A DNA stretch of 42,513 nucleotides from Chrysochromulina tobinii (lineage: Eukaryota). Where the stretch lies: assembly GCA_001275005.1 (NCBI GenBank), contig JWZX01003017.1:1-42513 (forward strand), in the 5' to 3' direction. Positions 1 through 9,870 of the stretch are shown here, in pieces. Position numbers and translations under genes: made by a program. The notes under the pieces are model-generated. The model saw only the letters and a list, made by a program, of their open reading frames with translations. It had not been told where the DNA came from and did not search any database. Numbering within the stretch: position 1 is the first letter of the stretch; each line of letters begins with the position of its first letter.

Positions 1-148
1 CCCCCCCCCCCCCCCTCTTTTCTGAACAATTCGAATTTGCATCGGCATTTCAGACTGATGAGACTATCACAGCATGAGGAAGATCCGGGGTCGCGGTGTA
101 AACACTGTGTATAGACAGCCTGCGAGACAGAGAGATTGTGTGCGGCGA

Positions 149-1312
149 TCACTTCTTGCCCTTCTTGCCCTTTTTGGCGCCGGCTGCCTTCTTCTTGGCG
201 AGCTCGTTGCGGCCTTCCTTGCCGCGCCACAGTTTCTGCACCATCGTGGCTGCTTTGCTTAGTGTGGCCATCTGCGCCTGCTCGCGCGCGCGCTGCTCGG
301 CCTTCTTGCGCTCCTGGGCGAGGGCGACCTCGCGCTCGGCCATGAGCTTCGAGAAGTACTCCTCCAGCCGAGTCAACTCCTTCTTCTCCTCGTCGTAGAT
401 GAGCTTGAGCGCGGAGATCTCCTTGTCCTTCTCCTCCATCTCCTTATCATACTTGTCGATGCACGCCTGCACCTCGCTCTCGAACTTGACTTTCTTCTTG
501 CGCAGCCCCTCCTCGCTCTCCTTGTTTTCCTTGCGTTTGGTCTTCAGCTCCTCGATCAACCGCGTCAGCTCACTTTGCAGCGAGTTCTCCTTGTCAGTGA
601 ATGCCGCGTTATCCGCATCTTCGGACGCCTTCGATTCAGCCTCGAGCTGCTTCTCCTCGGCGATCGTCGCGCTCTTGATATTCTCGAGCTCATCGCGCAG
701 CTTCTTGATGGTCTCCTCGCGCTGCGAGACGTCGCGCTCGCGGTCGGCCTTCTCAGCCTTGATCTCCTTTTGCAGCTGACGCAGCTGCTGCGATGCCTTC
801 TCCTCCTTGGCGGAGATCTCGAGGAACCAGTCCTCCTTCGACTTCTCCTCCTCGACGGAGGTCGAAAGCTTCGCGTAGGTCTGCGACTTGAGCTCGGCGA
901 AGGTCGACAGGTACCTGCGCATCGCCGCCGACGGCCCCTCCGCGCCTGTCTGCATCAGCCGCTCTGAGATCGCCGGTGCCTCTCGCAGCATGCGGCAGAC
1001 GACACGAGTGGAGTGCCGCAGCTCATCGTCGAGCGTCTCAAAGTCGGGGAGCGCCTGCTCACCGTCGTAGCCCGCATCCGCCTGCTCGTGCGCGGGCGTC
1101 GACACCCACTTGTACTGTTGCTCGAGCAACAGCTGCTCGTCGAGCACCTGTGCCACCTCCGCTCCCACCTCATCCACAAACTCGTCGTAGCCCTCGGGCC
1201 GCCGGAGCGGCGGCACGTGCGAGAGCAGCTGCAGCTTGGAGAGCGTCTCCTCGAGGATCGCCATGATCCGCTGCGCCTCCACATTCGTCAGCTTCGCATT
1301 GCTTTGCGCCAT
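149..1312 (-). CDS. DRC10: Dynein regulatory complex protein 10 / IQ domain-containing protein D
   Basis: Intronless ORF; first ATG at 1312 (MAQSNAKLTNVEAQRIMAILEE). Long coiled coil, C-terminal IQ motif (AATMVQKLWRG) and basic tail KKGKKGKK, matching the IQCD/DRC10 architecture. Confidence 0.85.
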   Translation of the reverse strand: MAQSNAKLTNVEAQRIMAILEETLSKLQLLSHVPPLRRPEGYDEFVDEVGAEVAQVLDEQLLLEQQYKWVSTPAHEQADAGYDGEQALPDFETLDDELRHSTRVVCRMLREAPAISERLMQTGAEGPSAAMRRYLSTFAELKSQTYAKLSTSVEEEKSKEDWFLEISAKEEKASQQLRQLQKEIKAEKADRERDVSQREETIKKLRDELENIKSATIAEEKQLEAESKASEDADNAAFTDKENSLQSELTRLIEELKTKRKENKESEEGLRKKKVKFESEVQACIDKYDKEMEEKDKEISALKLIYDEEKKELTRLEEYFSKLMAEREVALAQERKKAEQRAREQAQMATLSKAATMVQKLWRGKEGRNELAKKKAAGAKKGKKGKK

Positions 1313-1562
1313 TCGAGGCACAACAGTCGGGAAAGCTCAGAGTCATGAATTTGAATCGCCGGGACGCCGTTTCGACCCTCGTGGGCGACCGTCGAGGGCG
1401 TCGCTTGGCTTTAGTTGGAAAAATGGTCTTTGTCTTCGTGCAGCGCTGTGTCGGCGTTTTCTCCGCTAAAAAGTTTCCATTGGCGCGTGCGATGCGGGCC
1501 GACGACGCTTTGCCGTCTCGCTGGCCAGAAGAACCCCTTCAAGGCCGCGAGCCGTGTGCGGG

Positions 1563-3482
1563 ATGGTATTCATCTTCTGTCTAAACAGCGACAGCGACGA
1601 TGACAGCGAGTCGAGTATTCCTCTCCCGTGCAGTGCAGTGCCAGCTTCGGCACCAACACCGCCTCCAGCATCGGGAGACTCGCCCGCATCAGCACCAACA
1701 CCGCTACCAGAGCCACCCGCAGCCGTTGCAACGCCAGCAGAGTCAGCACCTGCAGCAGTGGCACCGCCGGCCCCAGCCACCACCGTACCTCTGATCTCAC
1801 CAACTCGAAGCGCTGCTGCGCCAGGCGCGGTCATGAGCGACACGTCGAGCGCTGCGCCAGCGTCGAGCTGCGGTGCACTGGTGGCATTACCCGAGCACCC
1901 CACCGTCTTCCATCGCAACGAGCGCGTGCGCGTGTACTTCGGTGAAAAGTACGGTTGGTGCCGCGGCTCGGTCATCGACGTGCAACAGCAACTTGGCGAG
2001 CTGACCCGTCGCAGCCGCGCCGTGGTGGGCGCCGGTGGGCGCCCCGTCGGCCGGCGCGGGAGCGCGCACATGACGCTGACCAGCGTGCGCGTGCTGTACG
2101 ATGATGGCGAAAAAAGTTGGGTGACGCCCGACACTGGGGAATGGCGCATCGAGAAGCTCGGTGCAGAAGATGACGGCCACGCAGGTGCCGGCGGCGGCAG
2201 CGGCACACGTGGCGGCGGCGATGGCGACGGTTTCAGCCATGGAGGGGGGACGCTCGAGCGCGTGGAGCTCGTCTGCCTCATAGAGCGGGCCCGTCTCCTC
2301 GAGCCGGCACGGGGTATGCACTGCCGGCACGCTCCTTCCGTCAATGCAGCGCCGCTTCGGTCGTGGGTGCAGCAGCGCAAATGCTGCCCGATCTCGATTT
2401 GTGGCGCGCGCCTGGCGTGCCGCGATATCGTGAGCGACGACGCACTCTGCGCGCAGCTGGCCAAGCTCGCACGCGAGCAGCCGTGCCTGACGGAGGTGTG
2501 GGTGCACGCAGGGACACGCGTACTGACCGAGCGGCCACATGATGGCAGCACGGCCGACAGGAGGGGTCGTGCCGGTGCGGGTGCGGGTGCGGGTGCTGGT
2601 GCTGGTGCGGGTGCGGGTGCGGGTGCTGGTGGCTCGTGTGCGGGGCGAGGCGGGCGTGGCGGTGCCGTCGAGGTGATCGAATGCGTCGACAGCCCTGATG
2701 CGAGCGCCAGTGCGGAGCGCGTGCGCGCACACCCGGAGCGCGAGGTCATCGACTGCATCAATAGCCCTCTCGACGACGAGGAGGACGAGGAGGACGAGGA
2801 GGACGAGGAGGACGAGGAGGATACCTGTGCCCTCTACCCAACGCAAGTCGTGAACGAGGCGGCCACCACCGCCACGGCCGCCCCCACGGCCGCCCCCATG
2901 GCCGCCGCCGCAGCCGGGGGGCGTGTACAGCACGGCATGTGGCGATGCGTCGACGAGCCGAGCCTGGGTGGCACATGCATGCGAGACCCTGGGCCGCCGA
3001 GTACCTGCCCGCCACTACCTGCCCTTCCCGCCACTACCGGCGCTTGCATGCGAGACCCTGGGCCGCCCGCCGCCGCCACGGCCGCCGCCGCCCCCGCCAT
3101 CAACCATAGGAATGGAAGCTCGTCGGAACTCATTGCCGCACCGCCACGTGAGCAGCAGCAGCAGCAGCGGCAGCGGCAGCAGCGCTCACCGCAGCGCTCC
3201 GTCTTGTCCGCGCCCACCGCAGCTGCAGCCGCCGCCGCTCCCAAGCGCCGTCGGGGTGAGAGCGAGCCTGCACACGAGGCCGTTGCGGAGGAGAGCAACG
3301 AGACCAATGGTGGTCGCAGCAAACACGCGGCGCAGCTGTCGCGACGCCCAGGTCCAGCTGCTTGCGAGGCTGCTCGAAGTGGTGCCGCCCGAGCCGCGCC
3401 CCACATGGCGCCCGTGGCCTGCTCGGCCTTGAGGTTGAGAGGCGCCACTGCTGAGGACTCCATCGAGCTCGACGCCGATTGA
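1563..3482 (+). CDS. Tudor-like + SP-RING (MIZ-type) zinc finger protein, putative SUMO E3 ligase
   Basis: LVCLIERARLLEPARGMHCRH...CCPISICG fits the SP-RING pattern. RVRVYFGEKYGWCRGSV...VRVLYDDGEKSWV is Tudor-like. SIM-like motifs VEVIEC, EVIDCI, SIELD sit beside acidic tracts. First ATG at 1563. Confidence 0.65.
   Translation: MVFIFCLNSDSDDDSESSIPLPCSAVPASAPTPPPASGDSPASAPTPLPEPPAAVATPAESAPAAVAPPAPATTVPLISPTRSAAAPGAVMSDTSSAAPASSCGALVALPEHPTVFHRNERVRVYFGEKYGWCRGSVIDVQQQLGELTRRSRAVVGAGGRPVGRRGSAHMTLTSVRVLYDDGEKSWVTPDTGEWRIEKLGAEDDGHAGAGGGSGTRGGGDGDGFSHGGGTLERVELVCLIERARLLEPARGMHCRHAPSVNAAPLRSWVQQRKCCPISICGARLACRDIVSDDALCAQLAKLAREQPCLTEVWVHAGTRVLTERPHDGSTADRRGRAGAGAGAGAGAGAGAGAGAGGSCAGRGGRGGAVEVIECVDSPDASASAERVRAHPEREVIDCINSPLDDEEDEEDEEDEEDEEDTCALYPTQVVNEAATTATAAPTAAPMAAAAAGGRVQHGMWRCVDEPSLGGTCMRDPGPPSTCPPLPALPATTGACMRDPGPPAAATAAAAPAINHRNGSSSELIAAPPREQQQQQRQRQQRSPQRSVLSAPTAAAAAAAPKRRRGESEPAHEAVAEESNETNGGRSKHAAQLSRRPGPAACEAARSGAARAAPHMAPVACSALRLRGATAEDSIELDAD
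2571..2630 (+). repeat. Coding hexamer repeat (GCNGGT)n encoding (AG)n
   Basis: Directly visible run of gcgggt/gctggt units. Confidence 0.9.
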
Positions 3483-3940
3483 GCTCATTTTCTTGAAATC
3501 GCTGATGTTACTTGTTTGTGCCCTGTCACCGGCGCACACTCTGTCAGGAAAACCGATGTTAAAGCCCGGTACGAGAGCGTTCGTCGGCGTACCCCCGCTA
3601 CCCTAGCATTGACCATTGTATATAACGAAAATGGGGAAGACCCCTCGCACACGTACGGCCCCCGGCGGTCGACGTCCGCGACAAGTTTCATCCGGAACGA
3701 ATCGCGCGAGCAATATACTAGCATACGCATAGGCCCGCGTTCCGGTATCAAACGTATGCGGCGGCTAACTACGCTAGAGCATCCTCGCAAGAGGCGCGCA
3801 CGAGCGCACGACCTAGCACGTAGACGTACCCGACCGATAGCGACAATACCGATACGATACACAGTCAGTGTGACCCTCATGGGGAAAGGCTCCTCCCGAA
3901 TTCTAATAGGACTAAGCTCAAGACACCTACGTCTTTTGAA

Positions 3941-6900
3941 TCATCTCGAAGACCATCGGAACGGCGGGCTCAAGGTTTTGAGTTGTACTACTGCCCTTCG
4001 CCACGGCGAGGCTGGTGATCTGGTGACCACCGGCATGATCGGAAGGTCCTCTGGAACGGGCTGCCCACCCAACCTCGCGCTCGTGGTGCCGCCGCCCGGC
4101 GTTGAGGCCGATCGCGAGGGGCTTGGAGTCGAGACCGAGGCCAGCGAAGATGCAGGCGCAGATCCCGAGGACGCCGAGGCGGGCAGCACGATCGTCATTG
4201 CCAAAGGCCGCCCAATGCACATGTCCAGTATGGACCATCGGGAGAGGCCGTAGACAGGCTGCCCGTTGATAGCAATGAGCTCACTGCCGGGGAACACACC
4301 CAGCTCGTCTGCCGGCGAGCCCAGGGTCACACCGCTGATCACCGTCCGCCCGGGCAGCCGGCGCACGATGCCAATGTGGAGGCCGGTCAGCCCAGGGTCC
4401 CGGAAGATGACCCCTCGACGCTCACCCGGGCAGAACAAGGCCGAATCCTCCAGCCGGTAGCGCGGCGGCTCGAGTGGCGGCGGCGGCGGCACGTCCTGCG
4501 GCACATAGGTGGCCTCAAAGGCAAGGGCGGGCCAGCCTCGTTGGAGGACAACGATCCGGCTACGGCACGTCGGGCACCTGTTCTGAGGCACACGCTGAAA
4601 CTCAGTAGCGAGCAAGTCATCGACGCAGGCTTCGCAGCACACGAGGTGGCCGCATGCGAAACGCACGCCGCGCGGCGCAGCCATGCAGATACGGCACTCC
4701 TTCGCGACACGCGGGCCTATTGCCGCCGAGGCGGCAGAGCGACGCTCTTCTGTCAGCCGGAGCTCATCAGCGAGCTCCTCAATCTCGGCGACGGCTTGGT
4801 CAAAGGGTGTGCGCTGCGTCGGGCGCTCGCCGCTTACGATCCCCTGAATAACCTGTGCGAGCCGCGTGGAGGTATCGTGGCTGGGCCACTCGGCACGCGC
4901 GTCCGCGTACTCGAACGCGCGGCTGGGCGTCTCAAGCATCTCATTGCACGTGCGCATCGCATGCACGGCTTCCTTGCCCGTGAGGCACACGAGCATGGTG
5001 ATGCCCATGGCATAGGCATCCGCCTGTGTGGTGTACATCCCTGTGGTCACTGCAGCACATGACGAGAGTCGAAACGTCCAACAGTCGTCAGCGAGCCGCA
5101 CCGACACGAGGGGTGGGCAGAAGGTGCCCACGGCGGCACACGTGCGCGCGTTTCGAGAGCCTCGCCGCCCTACTGTAGATGGGGTCGAGGAACCCAATGG
5201 TGCCTGTGAGCTCATCGCTCACACGGTCCTTGTGCATCGTCGAGGGCTTGTGCAAGGCCAGCCCGACGTCCGAGAGCTTGGCGTTGAGATGCTGGTCAAG
5301 AAGAATGTTGGCCGGCTTGACGTCGCGGTGGAGGATTACGCCCTTGGCACCGCTCGGGGTGTGGAGGAAGAGCAGTGCGCGGCACGCCATTCTCAGAATG
5401 CGCACGCGAGCATTCCAAAGGAGAGGCGTGCTCGATCCTGGCGCCAGCACATCCTCCAAAGAGCCACCCGCCATGAGCGGATAGACCAGGCAGCTAGCCT
5501 GCTCGTCGAGGCAGAAGCCGAGCAGAGGCAGCAGGTGCTCATGGCGGCAGAGCGCGAGGATGTCAATCTCGTTCAGCAGCTGGTGCAATCCCTGCTGCGA
5601 GCCATCTCTATCCATGACCTTGACGGCCAGCCGCCCTCTGTGGCCAAGTGTTGCCAAGCGACCCTCGTCCACGGCGAAGACGGTGCCGAAGCCGCCCTTG
5701 CCGAGCACCCGCGCTGCATCGAAGTTGTCCGTCGCGCACGCAATCTCGTCCGCTCGGAGCTGCACTGCTGTACCGTCGTGGGCGCCGCGCCGAGCCGTTA
5801 GGGGTGCGGCCGCAGCCGTTGCATGGCCGAGCGCCGCTGGCGAGCGTGCTGGCAGTGGGAGCGGCGGCGCTCGTGGTGAACCGGGATCCTTGCTACCCAT
5901 CTCGCGCATCCTCTCTGCAATCGCCGCCTCGCCCATGCCAATCTCTCTCATACTCGTGGCGACGGCCATGGCGAGCCTCTCCTCGTCGGACATGTCCTCT
6001 CCACGTGAGACCGGGACGTGCGCTGGTAGCATACTCGTGGCGACGGCCATGGCGAGCCTCTCCTCGTCGGACATGTCCTCTCTACGTGAGACAGGGACGT
6101 GCGCTGGTAGCATACTCGCAGCAATCGCCGCCTCGAGCCTCTCCTCATCGCTCATCTGCGCGACCACATGCCGAGGCAGCGCATCTGCTTGCATCTCCTG
6201 CAGCCGCATCTCCGCCAGTTCAGTCACGACGGCGGGCACATGCAAATGACGTGCGGCGGAGAGGGCACTGCGAAGCTCAGCCGCGTCTCGTGCCGAGCGC
6301 AGGCGTGCGCTCGCCTCCTCCGCAGCCACGCGCTGGCCCACTGCCTCGGCCATGGCCGATGGAGTCACGCTCGCCAGCATCAACCGCTGCGTGAGCGCTT
6401 GCTCGGTCGTGTACACCTTGCCACACCGCAGCTGCACGGCGAGGCCACAAGTGCGAGCGACGAGATCGGCGCTGAGGTGGGGCATTGTTACTCTGCCAAC
6501 GAGCTCTAGCCAACGAGCTCTAGAATACGACGGCCGGTCCAATTCGACCAGCACCACCATCGTATCCGTTAGTTTGGACACCGCCTCGACGTGCGCCGCG
6601 CCAATGAGCTCGAGGATGTGCTTCGCGTGATTGGCCGGCGACATTGCTCCAGCTTGTGAGGAGCGGAGCGCACGGACAGCATCGGTGACTCTCTGCTGGA
6701 GCTCCTCCGTGCACGCCCTCCGAAGATCCTCGCGTTTGGGGTCAACCACCTCTGTGAGCGTCGCTGTCACGCGCTGCACGAGCGGAAGGGCATCTTCGCA
6801 CGATCTGCGCACGAGCGTATTGATTTCAGAGTCGTTCATATCTCCTATTCTGCACCATTGTACGAGCTTGGTGCGCACAGCATCTCTTGCAATCGAGACT

Positions 6901-6989
6901 CCTCTTGAAGACACCTCTAAAGTTGCGGAGCTCAGCGCCAAGCGAATCAGCTCCTGGGCGGCTATCTCAATGGCCAGGGCGTCGGTCAT
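3941..6989 (-). CDS. RLK/Pelle/IRAK-type Ser/Thr kinase with 3 UIMs, C3HC4 RING and PDZ-like domain; two exons (6989-5174, 5049-3941)
   Basis: Kinase motifs LGKGGFGTVF, LAVK, HRDVKPANILLD, DVG, GTIGFLDPIY. Removing intron 5050-5173 gives DPIYMTTGMYTTQADAYAMG, restoring subdomains VIII-IX. UIMs MSDEERLxxAxAxSM; RING CRIC...CGHLVCCEAC...CPTC; PDZ-like ISGVTLGSPADELGVFPGSELIAING. Confidence 0.85.
5050..5173 (-). other. Spliceosomal intron (124 nt) in kinase gene
   Basis: Minus strand reads GTAGGG...TGCTGCAG; removal joins the two ORFs in frame inside the kinase domain. Confidence 0.85.
5948..6155 (-). repeat. 69-bp tandem repeat (3 copies) encoding ubiquitin-interacting motifs
   Basis: Near-identical units encode MSDEERL(E/A)(A/M)A(I/V)A(A/T)SM(LPAHVPVSR). 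Confidence 0.85.
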
Positions 6990-7192
6990 TGTTTGTCGCG
7001 TGCTCGAAAAGTTCCGAACTGAACATCGCAAGTTTCGCGTCGCATCGGCGCCGCGTGCAGCTCAAAACGCTCGACACTCACACTCCTTACTGTACATGTT
7101 ATGACAGCTAAGTCCGTGATGCGCAGATCTGCGCGCATGCATCCGACTCAATTGTTATGACGCCTCGAGTTTTTAGCTGACCTGTCCGCACG

Positions 7193-9526
7193 ATGGCGCA
7201 GCGAGCAATATGTGCCTTTCTATTGCTCGTTCGGGCGCAGCGGGTGCCAGCTGGCAACGCCTCGCTCGTGCAGGAGCATGCCTCGCGCCGTCTCATCGCT
7301 GTCGAGGGCGCCACCGCACAGGACGCATCCAACATCGACCCCGACGACTTCCTCTGGGAGAAGCTGCCGGGGCGGTGCTGCTTCTACGGCGGGCCCGACC
7401 CAGAGGATAAGTCAAAGTGGCTGGGGGCACACACGTGCGACGAGTGCACCGTGTGGGATCTGCCCAACAACTACTGCCACACGTCGCCGGCCGCGTGCCT
7501 CGAATGCGGCATGAGGCTCTACTGCGACCCTACGCCGCCGCTGGTCTCGGGCAACAAGGTGTGCATCGGCCCATCGCGCGTGGGCCACGGCTGCGACGAT
7601 ACGCTCGGAACTGGCGTGTGCGCCACACACTCGCTCCGCGAGTGCCAGACAACGTGCCGTCACCACCCGCGCTGCGAGATGCTCGTCTTCTATCCGCAGG
7701 AGAAGCAGGGCACGTGCATCTTGTGCGCCGACCTCACACACTACCAGGACGTGACGCTCGAGTCGACGCGCGTGTACTCGGTGACGCCCGACCCGCCTCC
7801 GCCCGCCTCCCCACGCGGTGTAGAGCACCATTACGTGACCCTCGACGGCCCATCGCCGCCGCCGCCGCCAAAGCAGCCTCCCGCCGCTCCGAGCAATCCA
7901 CCGCATCCGCTCGACCACCTCGGGCGGCAGCACACGAGGCAGCACTTTGAGTGCACGTACCAGCTGCGCACGGAGCTCTCGGTGGACCAGAGCGAAGGCT
8001 ACTCCGACCGCATCGCCGCGAGCAAGGAGGAGTGCTGCAACTTCTGTGGCACCAAAGGAGGCTGTCAGGACTTTGTCTTCGAGCCGGGCTCGGGTACGTG
8101 CGTGCTGCTGCCTCACGTGAGCAGCGACCTCATCATCAAGACTCCGAACGAGTACACGGTGGCGGGCTCGCTGCAGATCACCATCGTCAAGAAGACCCTC
8201 GAACGACATGGCGAGTGTGAGTACACTCCTTCGTCGGGCTACGCCGGGGGCAACCTTGGCGATGGCCAGCCGTTGCCTGGCGGGACGCCCATTGACGATA
8301 AGGTCGACTGCTGCGACGCGTGCGACCGCACGCCGAGCTGCACCAAGTTCACCTTTGAGCCTTACTCGAAGCGGTGCGTCATGTACGAAGGCTACGCTGA
8401 GACCTTCCTCACCGACAGCCTTCTCTCGGGCAAGGTCGTAAAGCGAACCACGGTCGGCAGCAGTAGCATCCTCGGTGTCGGCACCGAGCACGCCGGCGGT
8501 GGCGAAGGCGCCGCTGCCGGCGCAAAGGGGCAGGGGAGCTCGAGCGAAGAGGTGCCTGCGTGGATGATGCACCCGCCGCCACCCATGTGGCCATTGCTCA
8601 ACTTCCTGGTGCAGATCGACCCGCCGCCCGCGCCCCCACCCGAGATGGGGGATGCAGCCTCGAGCGTGATCGCGGGCGTGTCGATGACGCTCGTGCTCTT
8701 GATGGGGCTCGCGCTGAGCATCTGCGTGTACTGCTTCTTCCGTGAGGAAGTGCTCGCCGTCGCTGCGAAGGCGAGCGGGAGCAAGCGTAAGAAGAAGGGC
8801 GCGTATGGATCGGTCGACGGACACGTCCCGTCCAGTCTCGCTGAAGGTTGGCCTGACGTCGAGCCTGACGAGGAGCACACTGATCTTGATCAGGAGGTGG
8901 ACGGTGAGGCTGAAGAAGGCGGGGGCGGCCGCTCGTCGCGACAACCCCGGCGGACCAGCCGCAAGGGCAGCAGCAAGAGGGAGCCGCCCATGAAGGGTGC
9001 GGAGGTCGCGGGCGTCGGCGGCCTCGCCCCAGGCTACTGCGTGCGCGTGCGACTCGAGACGAACTCGCTGTCGCAGAAGAAAGAGGTGCACGTGGGGGAG
9101 CAGGCCAAAGACTTGGCCCAGCTGCGCGAGGTCATCTGGGCAGAGTTCTCTGCCCTCAAGGGGAAGCGTGCCGAAGAGATGCTCATCTTGTGCGAGGGCG
9201 CGGAGGGGATTGCGGTCCCATGGAATCTCGTCACGCGCGACTCCGACTTTGTTCGGGTGCTCGGGCGAGCCTCGCTTAAGGTCATCGACAAGCCTCCGCC
9301 CTCCGCCGAGAAGCCTGCTCCGGAATACGAGGTAGCCTTCCCCAAAGCCCTCAATGGCGAGGTCGGTGGGCGCGCTAACCGTCGCAAGGGCAAGGTGCGC
9401 AGCGGCGGATCGAACGGCGAGGGGGGGCGATTTGCAGACGAAGTGGAGCAGCACCACACGGGCGGCGGCAACGAGGCAGTGATCGCCCCTGGCGGCAACG
9501 GCGTGCGCTTCGTGGATGACGACTAA
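7193..9526 (+). CDS. Type I membrane protein with extracellular Cys-rich PAN/apple domains and a possible cytoplasmic PB1/ubiquitin-like domain
   Basis: Signal peptide MAQRAICAFLLLVRA. Three PAN-like units (e.g. EECCNFCGTKGGCQDFVFEPGSGTCVL; DCCDACDRTPSCTKFTFEPYSKRCVM). Pro-rich linkers, a TM helix (VIAGVSMTLVLLMGLALSICVYCFF) and a following basic stretch. Confidence 0.75.
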   Translation: MAQRAICAFLLLVRAQRVPAGNASLVQEHASRRLIAVEGATAQDASNIDPDDFLWEKLPGRCCFYGGPDPEDKSKWLGAHTCDECTVWDLPNNYCHTSPAACLECGMRLYCDPTPPLVSGNKVCIGPSRVGHGCDDTLGTGVCATHSLRECQTTCRHHPRCEMLVFYPQEKQGTCILCADLTHYQDVTLESTRVYSVTPDPPPPASPRGVEHHYVTLDGPSPPPPPKQPPAAPSNPPHPLDHLGRQHTRQHFECTYQLRTELSVDQSEGYSDRIAASKEECCNFCGTKGGCQDFVFEPGSGTCVLLPHVSSDLIIKTPNEYTVAGSLQITIVKKTLERHGECEYTPSSGYAGGNLGDGQPLPGGTPIDDKVDCCDACDRTPSCTKFTFEPYSKRCVMYEGYAETFLTDSLLSGKVVKRTTVGSSSILGVGTEHAGGGEGAAAGAKGQGSSSEEVPAWMMHPPPPMWPLLNFLVQIDPPPAPPPEMGDAASSVIAGVSMTLVLLMGLALSICVYCFFREEVLAVAAKASGSKRKKKGAYGSVDGHVPSSLAEGWPDVEPDEEHTDLDQEVDGEAEEGGGGRSSRQPRRTSRKGSSKREPPMKGAEVAGVGGLAPGYCVRVRLETNSLSQKKEVHVGEQAKDLAQLREVIWAEFSALKGKRAEEMLILCEGAEGIAVPWNLVTRDSDFVRVLGRASLKVIDKPPPSAEKPAPEYEVAFPKALNGEVGGRANRRKGKVRSGGSNGEGGRFADEVEQHHTGGGNEAVIAPGGNGVRFVDDD

Positions 9527-9870
9527 TATACACGCGCAAAACGAGAGCCGCGTATGCGGTGTGGACGACCAAGTATAGCTTGTGCTTGCGTCGGGAATCC
9601 TTCATTGAATCCAAAACGTAATCGTTTCAGATGTGCGTGCTTTTATTATTACATCTGCTTTTGAAGCACATTAGAAGCACATGTTGTCCACCACGAATTC
9701 GTGGACCACGTTTCCTTTCTCCCGACGACGCGTGCTCGGTAACGAACCGAGTCGGCTTTCTGGATCTGCATGTAAAGCATGCAACAAACTTCTTTATCCG
9801 TTACTGTACCGGAAAACGTGTAGGCAGTAGAGTCCGGCCATGTGCGAGCGAGCGAGCGAGCGCGCCGCGA

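Noticed and set aside
1..16. Poly-C run at the window start
   Set aside because: Simple homopolymer, probably at a contig edge; not a telomeric repeat.
3516..4253. 245-aa plus-strand ORF and structured-looking intergenic DNA
   Set aside because: Largely antisense to the kinase 3' end, with no recognisable domain and no definable element ends.
7412..9457. Long antisense and alternative-frame ORFs here and throughout the window
   Set aside because: Shadow ORFs expected from high GC and codon bias; they carry no domain motifs.
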